A stretch of DNA of 57,909 nucleotides, the filler included, from Basidioascus undulatus (taxonomy: Eukaryota), in the NCBI GenBank assembly GCA_000826855.1. It is 4 parts of 4 records of this genome, joined end to end, with 100 filler letters (N's around TTAATTAATTAA, not from the genome) between each part and the next. Parts side by side here need not be neighbours in the genome. Positions count along the whole stretch, not along the records: positions 17,367 to 49,237 come from JTLS01000137.1; 3 more parts are not named here. One strand, written 5' to 3'. Numbering within the stretch: position 1 is the first letter of the stretch; the number at the start of each line of letters is the position of its first letter. A model generated the notes under the pieces. It was not told the origin of the DNA, did no database searches, and worked only from the letters and a program-made list of their open reading frames with translations. The position numbers and the translations under genes are program-made. Positions 24,734 through 36,255 of this stretch are shown here, piece by piece.

Positions 24734-27612
24734 ATGCTCCCCCGCGAGTTCCCCATTACGCCCCGCCCACATCCGCCCGGTCGCATGAGCTCGAGGTCCT
24801 CTGGAATCTCCAAGGCGTCCTCGAACCCGGCGTCATCCAACAATCCCTCCGATGGCGCACCTCCCCCGCCGTACTGTCCGCCGACACCCCTCGCAGCTGC
24901 AGCGCAGGTGCTCGGCCTGGACGTGCCCGCGCCCGCCCCGATGCCGTCGAAGGACGCGATTGAGGGAAAGAGCCACGAGGAGCTCAGCAGGTTGCTGCTG
25001 GACGCGCAGATGATTATTACGCAGCAGGAGCAGAGTGCGTTCTTAAATCCCCCTGTTCTGTGCGCGGCGCTCCTGTTGTTGCTGACGAGACGCATTCTTC
25101 TACAGAGCTTTCGCTCGCGGCGCAAGTGGGCAACAAGCTCATGGAGGACAACATCGTCCTCCGCAAGCGACACGACTCGCTCCTCTCGCACATCCCGCAG
25201 TCGCCCGCCTCGCCCTCCTGGCAACCTGAGGTCTCTTCGACGCCTACGCCCAACCGCCACCGCCGCCGGATTTCGCTCCTCTCACAGACGTCGCCTACGT
25301 CGTTCGGCGCGTCTCCGCAGACTCTCCGGCGGCTTCAGGACCAGAATGCCGAGCTCAGCGACCTCGTCGCTACGCTCCAGGCCGACTCGAACGAGACCGA
25401 GCAGCGCGGCAAGCGCACGCTGCGCCGGCTCGAGCGCGAGATCGACGCGCTCAAGTCCGAGCTTGCTTTCTCCCAGCAGCGGAACGAGGACCTCGAGGCG
25501 GCGGAGGCGACGCGCGCGGCGGGGCAGAAAGCCAAGCAGGAAGGCATGACGCCTCTCGACCTCATGAGGGCGCGCCGGCGGGCGCACCAGCGCGAGGACA
25601 GCGCCGACTCGGACAAGATGACCACGAGCGCCGGAGGCATCCCCTTCCCCTCCGACGCATACCCTTCCTTCCCTGCTGTCCCGCTCGACTCGTCTCTCGC
25701 CTTCCGCCGCAGCGCGTCCTCCCGCAGCGTCGCGTCGTCCCGGTCCGCCTTCGACGACTCGTCCGTCCGCTCACACGCGTCCTCCGTGCTTTCGTCCAAC
25801 CCCTCCGCCGGCGAGCTCGCCATCGTCGCGCAGCTGCGAGACAAGTGCGCCGAGCTCGAGGAGGCAAACGCGGACATCGAGCGCGAGCGCGAGAAGCTCA
25901 ACACGCGCTTGCAGCGCATCCTCCAAGAGCGCGAGGAGGCTACCAAGTGCTTTGAGGACCTGCGCGAGGAGGCGCTCGAGGTCGGGCTGGACGTTCCGTC
26001 GTCGGACGAGAGCGCCGAGGAGGAACTTCCGAAGAGGTCGAGCAGGAGGAGGAGGGCTCGCGGCAACAGCGCGATGATCGAGCGCAGGAAGGCTTCGAGC
26101 TCGAAGGACAAACACAAGCACCAGCGCACGCTCAGCCTGGTGCCTCCCTGTCGCCCGCTCCCCGCACCGACAGGAGCTACGGCTACGATGCGCAACCCGT
26201 CCATCACGCTTTCTGAGGCGTCTCCACCGCTGCCCAACCAGTCTTTCCCGACCAAGCAGAAAGGCATGGCGTCCACTCCCTCTACCTCATCCGCCTCCCA
26301 CCCCGCCGCGCCATCCTCATCGTCCCCTCAATCCTCCCGCTCCTCCTCCCCCGGGCGCCCCGGTGCCTCGCCCATCCGCGTCCCCAGTGGAGCCTCCCGC
26401 TCGCTCTTCGCGCCGAGCTCGGTATCCTCCAACGAGCCCGAGCCGAACAAGACCTTCCGCCTCGCTCCGCCTCCCCGCAGCCGCTGCTCATCTATCACGT
26501 CCGACACGACCGAAGCGTTCTCCACTATCGGCCGCAGGACGTACCGCCGCTCGCTGTCGAGCGAGCTCGGCTCACAGTTCGGGGACGACTGGGCGGTCGC
26601 CGTCGCCGAGCACGAGCTTGCAAGCGTGCCCGCGTCCGTTGTCGGCTCACTCTCGGACCTCCAGGACGAGCAGCGCGAGGTCTCCCTTGCGCTGCAGCAT
26701 ATCACCGAGACGCTCAACCAGCAGCGCGCGGCGGAGGGCGACGACGATGCCGAGAGACCGCTCCTCCCGCCCGGCAGCCTCGTTACGCCGTACGAGCCTG
26801 ATCAGCAGACGTACGAGGCAATCAGGAACGCCGTCGAAGCGCGCCCGATCAAGTGGGCCGACCGCGACCTCCAGCCGTCGCAGGCGCTCGTCGTCGCTGG
26901 TCCGCTCCCAAAAGCGCCCGCTGGGTTCTCGCTCGGCACGTACCTCTGGAAGGCTGTCGAGAAGCTCGAGGGCCCGCCGCGGCCGCCGCCCGAGGACGTC
27001 TTCGAGGACACGCACTACCCGGACGTCGAGAGCCCCGACCACGCGCGCGAGCGCAAGCTCGTCCAGCTCCGGCTTGCTGCACGGGAGAAGGCGGAGCGCA
27101 GGCGCCGGAGGCGGGAGGAGCGTCGGGCGCAAGAGGAGGAGGGCGACGAAACCGTCATCGTGCCTCGCAAGAGGCGGCCGTCTACGCGCCGCGCGCAGGC
27201 GCTCCAGCGCCTCGGGCTCGAGTGGGAGTCAGAGGACGACCTTCCCTCGTCAGACGGGTCCGACAGCGAGGACGACGCCTCTTCCACTTTCACTGACGAT
27301 CTTGAGGTCCTCGATCCCTCCGACCGCCCGCTCATCGATGCCCGCGGAACGGACTACTGGCCCGTCTCGCTGCGCGCGCGCTTCGCGCCCTCGATGCTCG
27401 CCGACCGCGCCCGCGTGCACCTCGCGGTGAGCCTCCGCACGACCTTCCTCTACCTCCAGTTCGGCCTCGTCGTCATGCTGGGGCTCCTGTTCGTCCTCCG
27501 CGGCGGCCCGAAGAAGGTCCTCGGCATCACGGGTGTCAACGTGCCCGGCAGGGCGAATGCCGCTGCGGCGCACACGGTCGTTCGGGGCAGGGAAAGGGGC
27601 AGGAGGCGGTGA
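24734..27612 (+). CDS. Large coiled-coil protein with N-terminal AAxxG (CC1-box-like) motif and C-terminal transmembrane helix
   Basis: Two exons (intron 25035-25105) join in frame. QEQKLSLAAQVGNKLMEDN; heptad-rich segments (LQDQNAELSDLVATLQ..., LRDKCAELEEANADIERER...); Ser/Pro-rich middle; C-terminal FLYLQFGLVVMLGLLFVL followed by a basic tail. Confidence 0.85.
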
Positions 27613-28269
27613 GAGGGCGGGCGGAGGACGGTGTGGGATCTTCGCTTTTTTAGTTGGGACGTTCGATTTTACTCATAACAAGGCTCTCTTCTTAGTCCTT
27701 TCTGCTTTCATTCACTCTTCCGGCACTTTCTCCCGCACTCAACGTCGTTCCCTCTTCCCTATTCACTCTTCCACTATGCTTCCCGTCTTCGGTTCTCACA
27801 CATACACACAACGGCCGCTCGCATACGCCCCACTTAATTATACTCTCTCATGTTTTCCCCTATGTTCTCCACGTCGTCATGTCTAGTGTCTCCCACTCAA
27901 TTGCTTTGTTGCCTTGCTCCATCTACACGTCGACCTTGCTCCACGCACACCACACACTCGCATCCCCACATCGCATCCTCATAGCATCCCTGTTGTTTCT
28001 TCAATCGTAATCGCATAATCATCTTACGAACTTGACATCATGCGTATGAGGGCTTCATGTCGGACTGTTGTTCAACGCGCGCAGACCAAGACTGGCGGAC
28101 GAGCTTGAACCCTTCTATGTCATGCTTGAGGCTAAGCATGGTCTACGAGGAGAAAGATGCAAAAACGCATGGATACAGTGGCGGTTTATGGATGTTACAG
28201 CGGAGGTTATGTACCAAATACCGTATCAGACAGGCGTCTAGTCGTTCGCATTTCAGATGTGTAAGCGAG

Positions 28270-29400
28270 TCACGCACCGTAAGGCATTCCTTGAAGATCC
28301 AGCACCTGCCCACGCGCCTGCACCCGAGCCTTATCGCAGGCCACGCGAAGCCGTTGCCGCGCGGGCATGTTCAGGAAGTAGTTCCTCATGCGCCCTTCGA
28401 TCGCCAATACTTCGAGTGCGGGTACCACTATGGGCTTGCTTTCGAGGAGTTCGAGGATATCGTCGATGCAATCTCCCAGCGATCGGTCGAGGAAGAGCAC
28501 GAGCGACTGCAGCCCCGAGGGCAGGACATCCACTAGACGCACCGCGGCGCCGTCGGTGTCAGGCTCTCCGATGAGCATGCAGAGCCGGACCTGAAGATGG
28601 CGCAGCGCACGGTATTCCCGCAGCCGAGGGCCAAGTACGATCGAGACTTCTTCGAGATCGAGGTGAGTGAGTGTTGTGCACGAGCTGGCCAGCGCATCGT
28701 GAAACATTGTAGCGCCCAGATCGGTCTCCGCAAGGGTCTCGCGGGATGTTAACCGGCGACGCCAGAAAAAGCTCGTGGTCGACAACCCAACAGTCAAGCA
28801 AGCTGATATAGGTGACGCTTGAGGTGTCGCGAAAGGCAGCGATTCGCGCGGGGTCACGTTGGTGTCGAGTTGCGCTACGTGCACGGCGAGGGTACGGGTT
28901 TGAGGGCAGCAAAAGCCAACAGAAGATCACGTCTACTTCATACCTGCTTTTTGTATCCATTAGGTCGGTATCTCAAGGGAAAATTTGCGCAGAGAGCGAA
29001 CGCCCTGGGGCAGGAGTTCGCCCGATCGGGCAAGGGCGTTGTCGAAGCCGTAAGCGGGATAAGGAGGCTCAGCGAAAAGGACATGCAGGTTGGGGAGAAT
29101 GTCAAGGAGGACGACTACTTGAGCAGTCGGAGCAGGGCGCTCGATTGCGTGGCCGTTTTGATCGTCACCCGAATCCGAATGCAGATCTTCTCCTTCGTCC
29201 CAGCTGACCTTGAGTTCGCGCACATGGGCTGTCAAAGCTGGACGGCTTCTGAGTGTGCGTAAGAACAGAGGAAGAGACGTGTCGTCTAGTGAAGTGTTTC
29301 GATATAGTATGGGCTCTATGATTCCCTGGAGGCGCCGAGAGACGATCGAAAGCGAAGCTAGATCGACGAGCGTTTCGTCGGGGAGAGTTTCGAGTGTCAT
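28270..29400 (-). pseudogene. Disabled F-box/LRR-like gene
   Basis: ATG 29400 MTLETLPDETLVDLASLSIVSRRLQGIIEPILYRN...FLRTLRSRPALTAHVRELKV...LLDILPNLHVL. The frame is broken near 28960 and ~28895, then LRR-like LTHLDL, LRHLQV, LPSGLQSLVL, PALEVLAI. Confidence 0.65.
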
Positions 29401-30581
29401 GATTGTGTGAGAGCCGCCCTCGAAGGTCGTTGAAACACGATGTTGGGTGGTCCGAAAAGGGGTGTGGACTTCCCGGTTCGAGACTTTTAGCGAGCACTGG
29501 CCAAACAAGAATTGCAGATAATATCAATGCAACTTTTACATACAGCTAGTCACAGCCACCGACCTTTTTCTTCCCCTCGACCCGCCTTTTTTCATCTCCC
29601 TGCAGAAAAGGCTTGGTTTGTAAGAATCTTTGTGTGCCAGTAACTCTTTTCCGCAAACCTCGTTCTGGAAGTTGCCATTACTGTCCTGACGCCTGCTCAA
29701 CTGGCCATCACGTCTCAAGAGTTGGCTGCCATGGCGGGGACTGTAACGGCGATAGCGATGGGTCGAAAGACTGATAACAGCAAGGAGGGAGCTAGCCCGT
29801 ATTTTTTGAGAGTTATTTGCTTGTTTTGTTGCAGACAACTCAGAGGGGTGAAAGACAGCGGGGGGAGAATGGGGCTTGGAGACGGAAGGGTTGCTGTAGG
29901 GAGTGGACAACTGCAAGCTGCAAGCGGTATGCTTTATACCGAAATCGCCCTGATGAAGCGGGGCCTTTTTCGAGCATTATCAATTTCATAGTCCTCCACT
30001 GGAGCGTACCGCAGCATAGTCTGTCTTCAACAACGTGTATCGGTGCTGCGAGCTCGCGCAGTGACACTAGCCACAGCAGTGAACTGTGTCATCGACCCTC
30101 GTCTTAGGACTAGTGCTTTCCCTACGTTCTGTATTCCAGCGAGCTACTATGCATTGGTTCGCTCATGCTGTAGGTGGAATTAGCTCAGCGTGTGGCATAA
30201 CTTTGCCGAACTTCGCGTTTGGCCCTGACATGGACTATCCGCAACTCTCACCCTTGCCCATTCTGCGAAACATTTAAAGTCTCTTGCACAGTTCAGCAGC
30301 TCGCAGTTCACATCTTATTCGACATGATGATTGTCGTGAGGGAGTAGTGAGCGCCAGACCACCGGTACGGCTTCCGCATGTTGAGGCCTTCTTAACAATG
30401 TTGACGGCGTCGGAGGGTGCTGAAGTTGGCCGTGTGCAGAGAAAATAGTTGAATTGTAGGTGATTTTTGTCCCCGCTTACTCAGGCGTAGCACGAATTCT
30501 CACGCAGCCGCCAGCGCATGCAGCGCAACTAGGTACTCTCAGCCTTTTCTTCGTCTTCTCTCCGTCCTTCATTCTCAAGCA

Positions 30582-31010
30582 GGAAGATTACAAGAAGCGC
30601 GTCAACAAGAAGAAGGTGTGCAGTTTCCATCTTCACGCTGGTGTGTGCCATCGGCTCAAGCTTTGAAATAAAATAGGAGGAAAAGAAGAAGAAGCTAGGC
30701 AGACGCAAGAGGATAAGAGCGGAACGTCAAGAAGGACGACAGCGACGAAAAGAAGAACGACGACCAGAAGAGGGAGGAAAACAACAAGAAGGAAGAGCAA
30801 AAGGTGTGGTCAACGCTCACTGGCATCTCGAAAGAGAGTGTCATGCGCTGTCTCTGAACCCCTCCCATAGAATGATGAAAACAGAAAGAAGGAGAGCAAT
30901 GACAAGAAGGAGGATGACAAGAAGAAGAAGGAGGGCGAGGAGAGGAAGGAGAAACAACTACGACAAGAAAGAGGACGACGACAATGGAAAGGCGACGGGT
31001 CTATCTAGCC
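30582..31010 (+). pseudogene. Degenerate Lys/Asp/Glu-rich gene related to the 43791-45450 gene
   Basis: Short AAG/GAC/GAG-rich exons bounded by AG and AAG|GT (EDYKKRVNKKK; KKDDSDEKKNDDQKREENNKKEEQK; NDKKEDDKKKK...KKEDDDNG). Frameshifts present; no intact start found. Confidence 0.45.
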
Positions 31011-31248
31011 GGTGCGTTGTGCCCGTATCCATGGGACTCTTGAAATCCCCCGGAATGACTTGACTGTGAGGAAAGTAAAGGGAAGCTGACGTTGGGACGT
31101 GCATACTTTCCTATCTTCCAGACCTGCTCTTCTTCCTTGGGTGGACCTCAACCCTCGCACATCAGCTTTACTCTTATGTCTTTGACTCAAAATTCTCTAT
31201 ATAAGTGTCAATCCGGAATATCATGAACCCCCAGAAATCATGTACATG

Positions 31249-32327
31249 TCAGTTCTGGGCGACATGCAGCAGCGGGACAAAGCGCTGCCAATTCGACAGT
31301 GTCAAGTCTGAAGGTACCAAAAATCTTCTCACAATCAACTCAACCTCAATCACATCAGCCACCGCGCCTTCAACGGCTGCTCGGCACCTGATCTCAATTT
31401 CATCGGCCTCTTCAACGGGCAAGTGCAAAACGCGCAGGCGGAAAACAAGCGTGCCACCATAGCCTTCAGACGCGGCGCTCCCTAAGATATCATTGCAGTC
31501 GCTCAGGGAAGAAATTGGGAGCTCGATGATGTCCATGTAGATCGAAGCAGTGTCGGGGGGCCGTCTCCACCGGTGAGCCAGACAGGGACGATCGAGAGGA
31601 CGCTGTCGGACGGTCAGTAGCGGGTGTAGACGGCTTCAGAGCCCTCCTGGTGCCCGTGCGCCACGAACCCCTTGAGGATTTTAAGCTGAGGGATTGCTTG
31701 AAGCACAGTCTCGATTTGATCTGGGACCCCCCAGCGATCGCCTGAAACCTCCACACCTCTGAGTCGAAAAGAGAAAGCGCCACAAAGCGCCCGAGCGAGA
31801 AGCACACCGAGGTCAGGTAGCTCGCGTATCTGGTTCTAGACCTTACTCAGCCAATGTACCAAGTCTGACGGACTGCTGTCCTGTACAGCGTCCTCCCTGG
31901 CTTAAGAATTGGGCGGACAGAGTCAGCGTGCAACAGCATGTGTGAGCATCCGGGCAATAAGCGGGGACATAATGGTGCACGGGTCGGGACCACGGTGAAT
32001 ATGGAGTCGAGTCAGGCGCTTGAAAATTGCAGCACGATCCGGGCGGATCGGGAATTTGACTGGATACGAAAAGTGAACGTATCGCTCTTTCACCCAGCAG
32101 TCGCCGATACGCACGTCGCTCTCCGCAGCGACGAAGAAAGATTTGAGAGCAGAGTCCGAGAGCAGGGCCACAGAGGAGTATGCTAACGGATTTCCTGCGT
32201 TGTACCACGAGCGGCAGATAAGGAGTGGAGCGAGAGACACGGGACGTCCAAGGCCCGATTCGATGCAAGGCCGAAGGGCTTCACCGAGGATGTGGCCGAT
32301 GATGAGCTCGGTGGCGAGGCTGTCCAT
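31249..32327 (-). pseudogene. F-box-like gene, apparently disrupted
   Basis: MDSLATELIIGHILGEAL...LLICRSWYNAGNPLAYSSVAL (F-box plus PLxY motif). Downstream LRR-like pieces (LTRLHI, VLQAIPQLKIL, LRVLHL) are separated by stops or frame changes. Confidence 0.5.
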
Positions 32328-33182
32328 CACGGGAGCGGGAAACGTAGAGGTGTGGGGTTTCTAGTATTTTGGTGATAATTGAGAGGCAAGGGCTGGTGGC
32401 CTGGCGGGAGCTCAAGGCAGTCGTTGACCTGTGGAGCCTTCGCGAATCCCGCTCCAAGCTGACCGTTCCGTATGAGTTTGCACGCGGTGAATGCTCAGTG
32501 CCGCCAGCGGGCATGTCATGGCCAAAACTTTCTGTGACAACCATTTAACACCTAGCATGGCTTTATAATTCAGTCATCATCTCGCAAGTAACCTTGAGGT
32601 AGATGCCCGTTATTTACGACGAAGTCGCCAGCTCAGCAATCCTAGGCGCTTGCGGATCAGACTGAATATGAATTTATAAAAATCGAAGACTAAGCTTTAC
32701 ATATGGTCTGTACAGAGAATGTTCATGCGGAAAACGCAGTTGTTGGCCTCAGCTGAATGCGGATGGCTGGCGTTATTGTTGCGGTGCTTGGCATAGCAGG
32801 GACACAATCCGTCTCCCTGCCATCTCCCGCATCCATTCTTCGTGACCTTCCAGTTGAGAGAAACCGAAGTTATTGTTTCAGGGCCCAGCTGGATCCATTC
32901 GTGAGTCAAAGTAAAGCGAGGATGGCTCCGACTAGATGCGCTGCGCTCAGCGGAATGCGGCACAGCCGTTTCAACTCGTCTGGGACAGGTAACGCTCGAG
33001 ATGGGCCAGCCTACACGCTTTCAGAGGCTGCGGTAACCACAGTCTGGGGATAAGTACTTAAGCAGGGCCATGTAGTCTTCGAACCCCTCATCTTCCACAG
33101 CCTCGTCTTCCACAGTCAACTCCACCGAGCCCCAGTGTTCTCATTCTACAACCCCCCCACACCGCACCTCCCCGACACCAAA

Positions 33183-34249
33183 ATGCGCTCTTGCGCCCTC
33201 GCCATCGTCGTTCTTACCATCTCAGCTACGACATTGGCCCGTGCTGTCCCTGCCCACGCCGCTGTCGAGCTCTCCCGCCGTGCACCATCCGAGTCCTTCC
33301 CCGACAGCACCCTAGCCCGTCGCCAGTTCGACGGTGCCGGCTTCGACGGTATCGGCTTCTTCGGCGGTGGGAAGAAATTCGGGCCCGTTGGCGGCAAAGC
33401 CCGGGTGTTCCAAGACAGAAAGAAGGCGGATATGAAGGGGAAGAAGGCTGAGGGGCAAAAGAAGGACGAGTACGTCAAAGCGGCCGAGGCTAAGGACGAG
33501 AAGAAGAAGGAGGCCGCCAAGGACGAGCATGTCAAGGCGAAGGTGGACAAGAAGAAGGACGCTGCGAAGGCAGACTTCAAGAAGGCGGATCACAAGAAGG
33601 GCGGATTTGAGAAGAAGGAGGACGAGGACGACGCCGCTGAGAAGGTCAAGGCATTCGACAACTACAAAAAGGCACGTTCGTTTTAAGCAGATATATTGCC
33701 CTGTCGTGCTGACCTTCCATAATGCTCCACATTAACAGAAGGGCAAGGAACAGTTCGGCAAGGCCGACCTTCATGGGCACAACGGCTGGGGGTTTGGTGA
33801 CCAGAAGCTTGGTTTCGGCGAGGTGAAAGAGGTGGGACTTTATCATATCTCCAACGTGACTAGAATGAAAATGGCTAAGAGTCGGACTCAAGGCTGAGGG
33901 CGCGAAGGGATTCAAGAAGGAGAAGAAGAAGCACCACAAGGCACGTTCATCGGCCCCACTTTCCCTCTAGAGCCGAAGCAGCTGACACAAGTATGCCCTC
34001 AAATAGTCCAAAAAGGAGAAGGCTTTCAAGGACGAAGGCAAGAAGGCGGCCGCCAAGTTCGGGAAGAAGAAGGAGGATGTGAAAGCAGACGTCGAGAAGA
34101 AGAAACACGCGCACGCCAAAGAGGAGAAGAAGAAGCACGCCGCCAAGAAGGAGGGAAAGAAGAAGTCCGCGAAGGCAAAGCTCTCAGACGTTAAGAAGCA
34201 GCAGTTCGGCGCGGACAAGTTTGCCGAGAAGCAGAAGGGAAAGTGGTGA
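33183..34249 (+). CDS. Secreted Lys/Asp/Glu/Ala-rich low-complexity (hydrophilin-like) protein
   Basis: Signal peptide MRSCALAIVVLTISATTLARA, dibasic sites (LSRR, LARR), GFDG/GFFGG motifs and long KKDE/KKAD tracts. Ends QKGKW* at 34249. Introns 33672-33738 and 33941-34006 have GC donors. Confidence 0.75.
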
Positions 34250-35202
34250 TCACTGAACCGCTGTGTCTGTCTTCTCCCTCCCCGATCTCCTCCCATCTTA
34301 TAGTGGAATCGCATGGAATCGCAATACACTGTCTGAGAACTCATACACTTCATCTTACGAGTGTCTCGTGGCGTTTGGACCTGGACCATACCGGAAAGCC
34401 AAGCGTTAGTGTGCTTCACCGCCGTCGTCGGGCCAATACAGTCGGGGAAACCTACCAAGTTATAGTGTAGCAGGATGTACTAGAACACTGGCTCGCACAA
34501 GCCTGAGCAAGTCTACGGGAAAATCTCGACAACGCTAATGAGGCAGGAGTCGTGCCCAACGTATGTCGAGCTGCACGGCGCAGACAAGCTTCGAAGGGCC
34601 GCAGGAGGTAGTTAGTGCTGTTAAATGACGAGGGAAGTGTCCGTGCTGCAGGCAATACACAGGGCGTAAGACCGGTGGTGCCACCAGTGGCATACGCATC
34701 CAAGGATCCGAATACTCTGGGGCAAGTCCCGAAAGGGCGCACTAGAAAGTATGAGCCAAACGATGTGAACGCGGGAGACAAGCCGTTCATAGGTCATTTG
34801 GCCGTCGGCATCAGTGCCAGACCACAGTAGCCATTGGCGATAGCGACAGGAGCGATGCAGGGTCTGATAGGCGAGTGTTTCGAAGAATCGGCATGGTGGC
34901 TGAGTGATATCTGACAACGATTGAGTGCACGATTGCTCGACAGAGGATCGAAACGACGAAGTTCGCCCGAGGCAGTTACGGAGCGACCATTTTGCTCGAT
35001 TGGGAGTACTTTCATGAGCGGAATCCCAGTGAGTGTATGCGTCGCAGTAGCTGCCCGAAGGGTTCCGTTCGACGAGATGATGCGAGCGAGATTGGATTCG
35101 TCAAAGGGGCAACATGGCGGCATGCAGCATGGGATGGTGCGAAGAATACAAGAGAGGAAGACGACCGACGGGACCCGACACCCAAAGCAGCAGAAAAGGC
35201 GT

Positions 35203-36255
35203 TTAGGCCTTGACAGCGTACCTGTGCTCCCCCACCCTCCGTTAGCGCCAGAAGCCACGAATCCATCGGCTCAAAGACCACGTACTTGCGGCGGCCGAAG
35301 TGAGTCTCCTTCTTGACCTGGCGCTCCGTCTTAGCGTTGACCTCCTTCTGTAAACGCCGACGTATACCTCCCTGTCAGCGATCCTGTCCCGTGAACCGAA
35401 CCAGGATGGACGGATTCGGCGGACCTTCGTCAAGCGGCGGCGGATAGCACGGGTCTTCTTGTGGCGGAGGTCAAGAGGGAGGTAGTTCTTCTTCTTGTAG
35501 AACTCCGCGATGTTGGCGCGCTGCTTCTGGTTGACGACCGTGAGGACGCGAGCGATCGACTTGCGGACAGTCGAGCTGTTGAGTGGATCCCAGGAGCAGA
35601 GGGCCAGACGGTCGAGGCGAAGTGACGTGAAGCAAAAAAGGGAGGTGTTAGAGCGGTGGGGTTGCGGATTCGAACGGTGCGGGCGGGTTGAGATGACGGA
35701 GAGGGCGAAGGCGCGGAGGCGCGGGTTGAGTAGGGTTGGATGGAGAGGCGAGGGGAACGGGAAGACGGGGAGAGACAGGGTCAGCACCAATTCTGCCGAA
35801 GTCGCCATGTCCTGTGCCCGCCTCCGCCAATTTGGCCTTCCACATCCGACGCCGCCCATCCCATCCCGGCAACTGCACAGAATGCGACGCACATCTTGGT
35901 CAGCTTGGAAGCCGAGCCACCCGCGATCTTCTGGACGCGAAGCTGCGACAGCTCCTGCTTGAGCTCAGCGAGCTGGTTGAGCAGGTCGGTCTGCGGTCCC
36001 CCCCCACATGCAATTAGCCCCCTTTTCGCATCCCAGATCCCATCGCACAGCACCAACGCACCTTGTTCTTCGACTGGAGCTCGTAAGCCTGCTCACGCCC
36101 CGTCCAGCATCAGCACCCAACCTCGTACGCTCCTCCTGCCCAGATGCTGAAAATCAGTCGGACCTTGACCTTGACCTGAACGAGCATTACGACGGTACGG
36201 TCAGCATGATATTCGTGAATTATTGTGGTGACGGCGAGGTGCGTGAACTTGCCAT
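35203..36255 (-). CDS. RPL35: 60S ribosomal protein L35 (uL29), multi-exon
   Basis: [66 protein letters not shown]...[46 protein letters not shown]. Confidence 0.95.
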
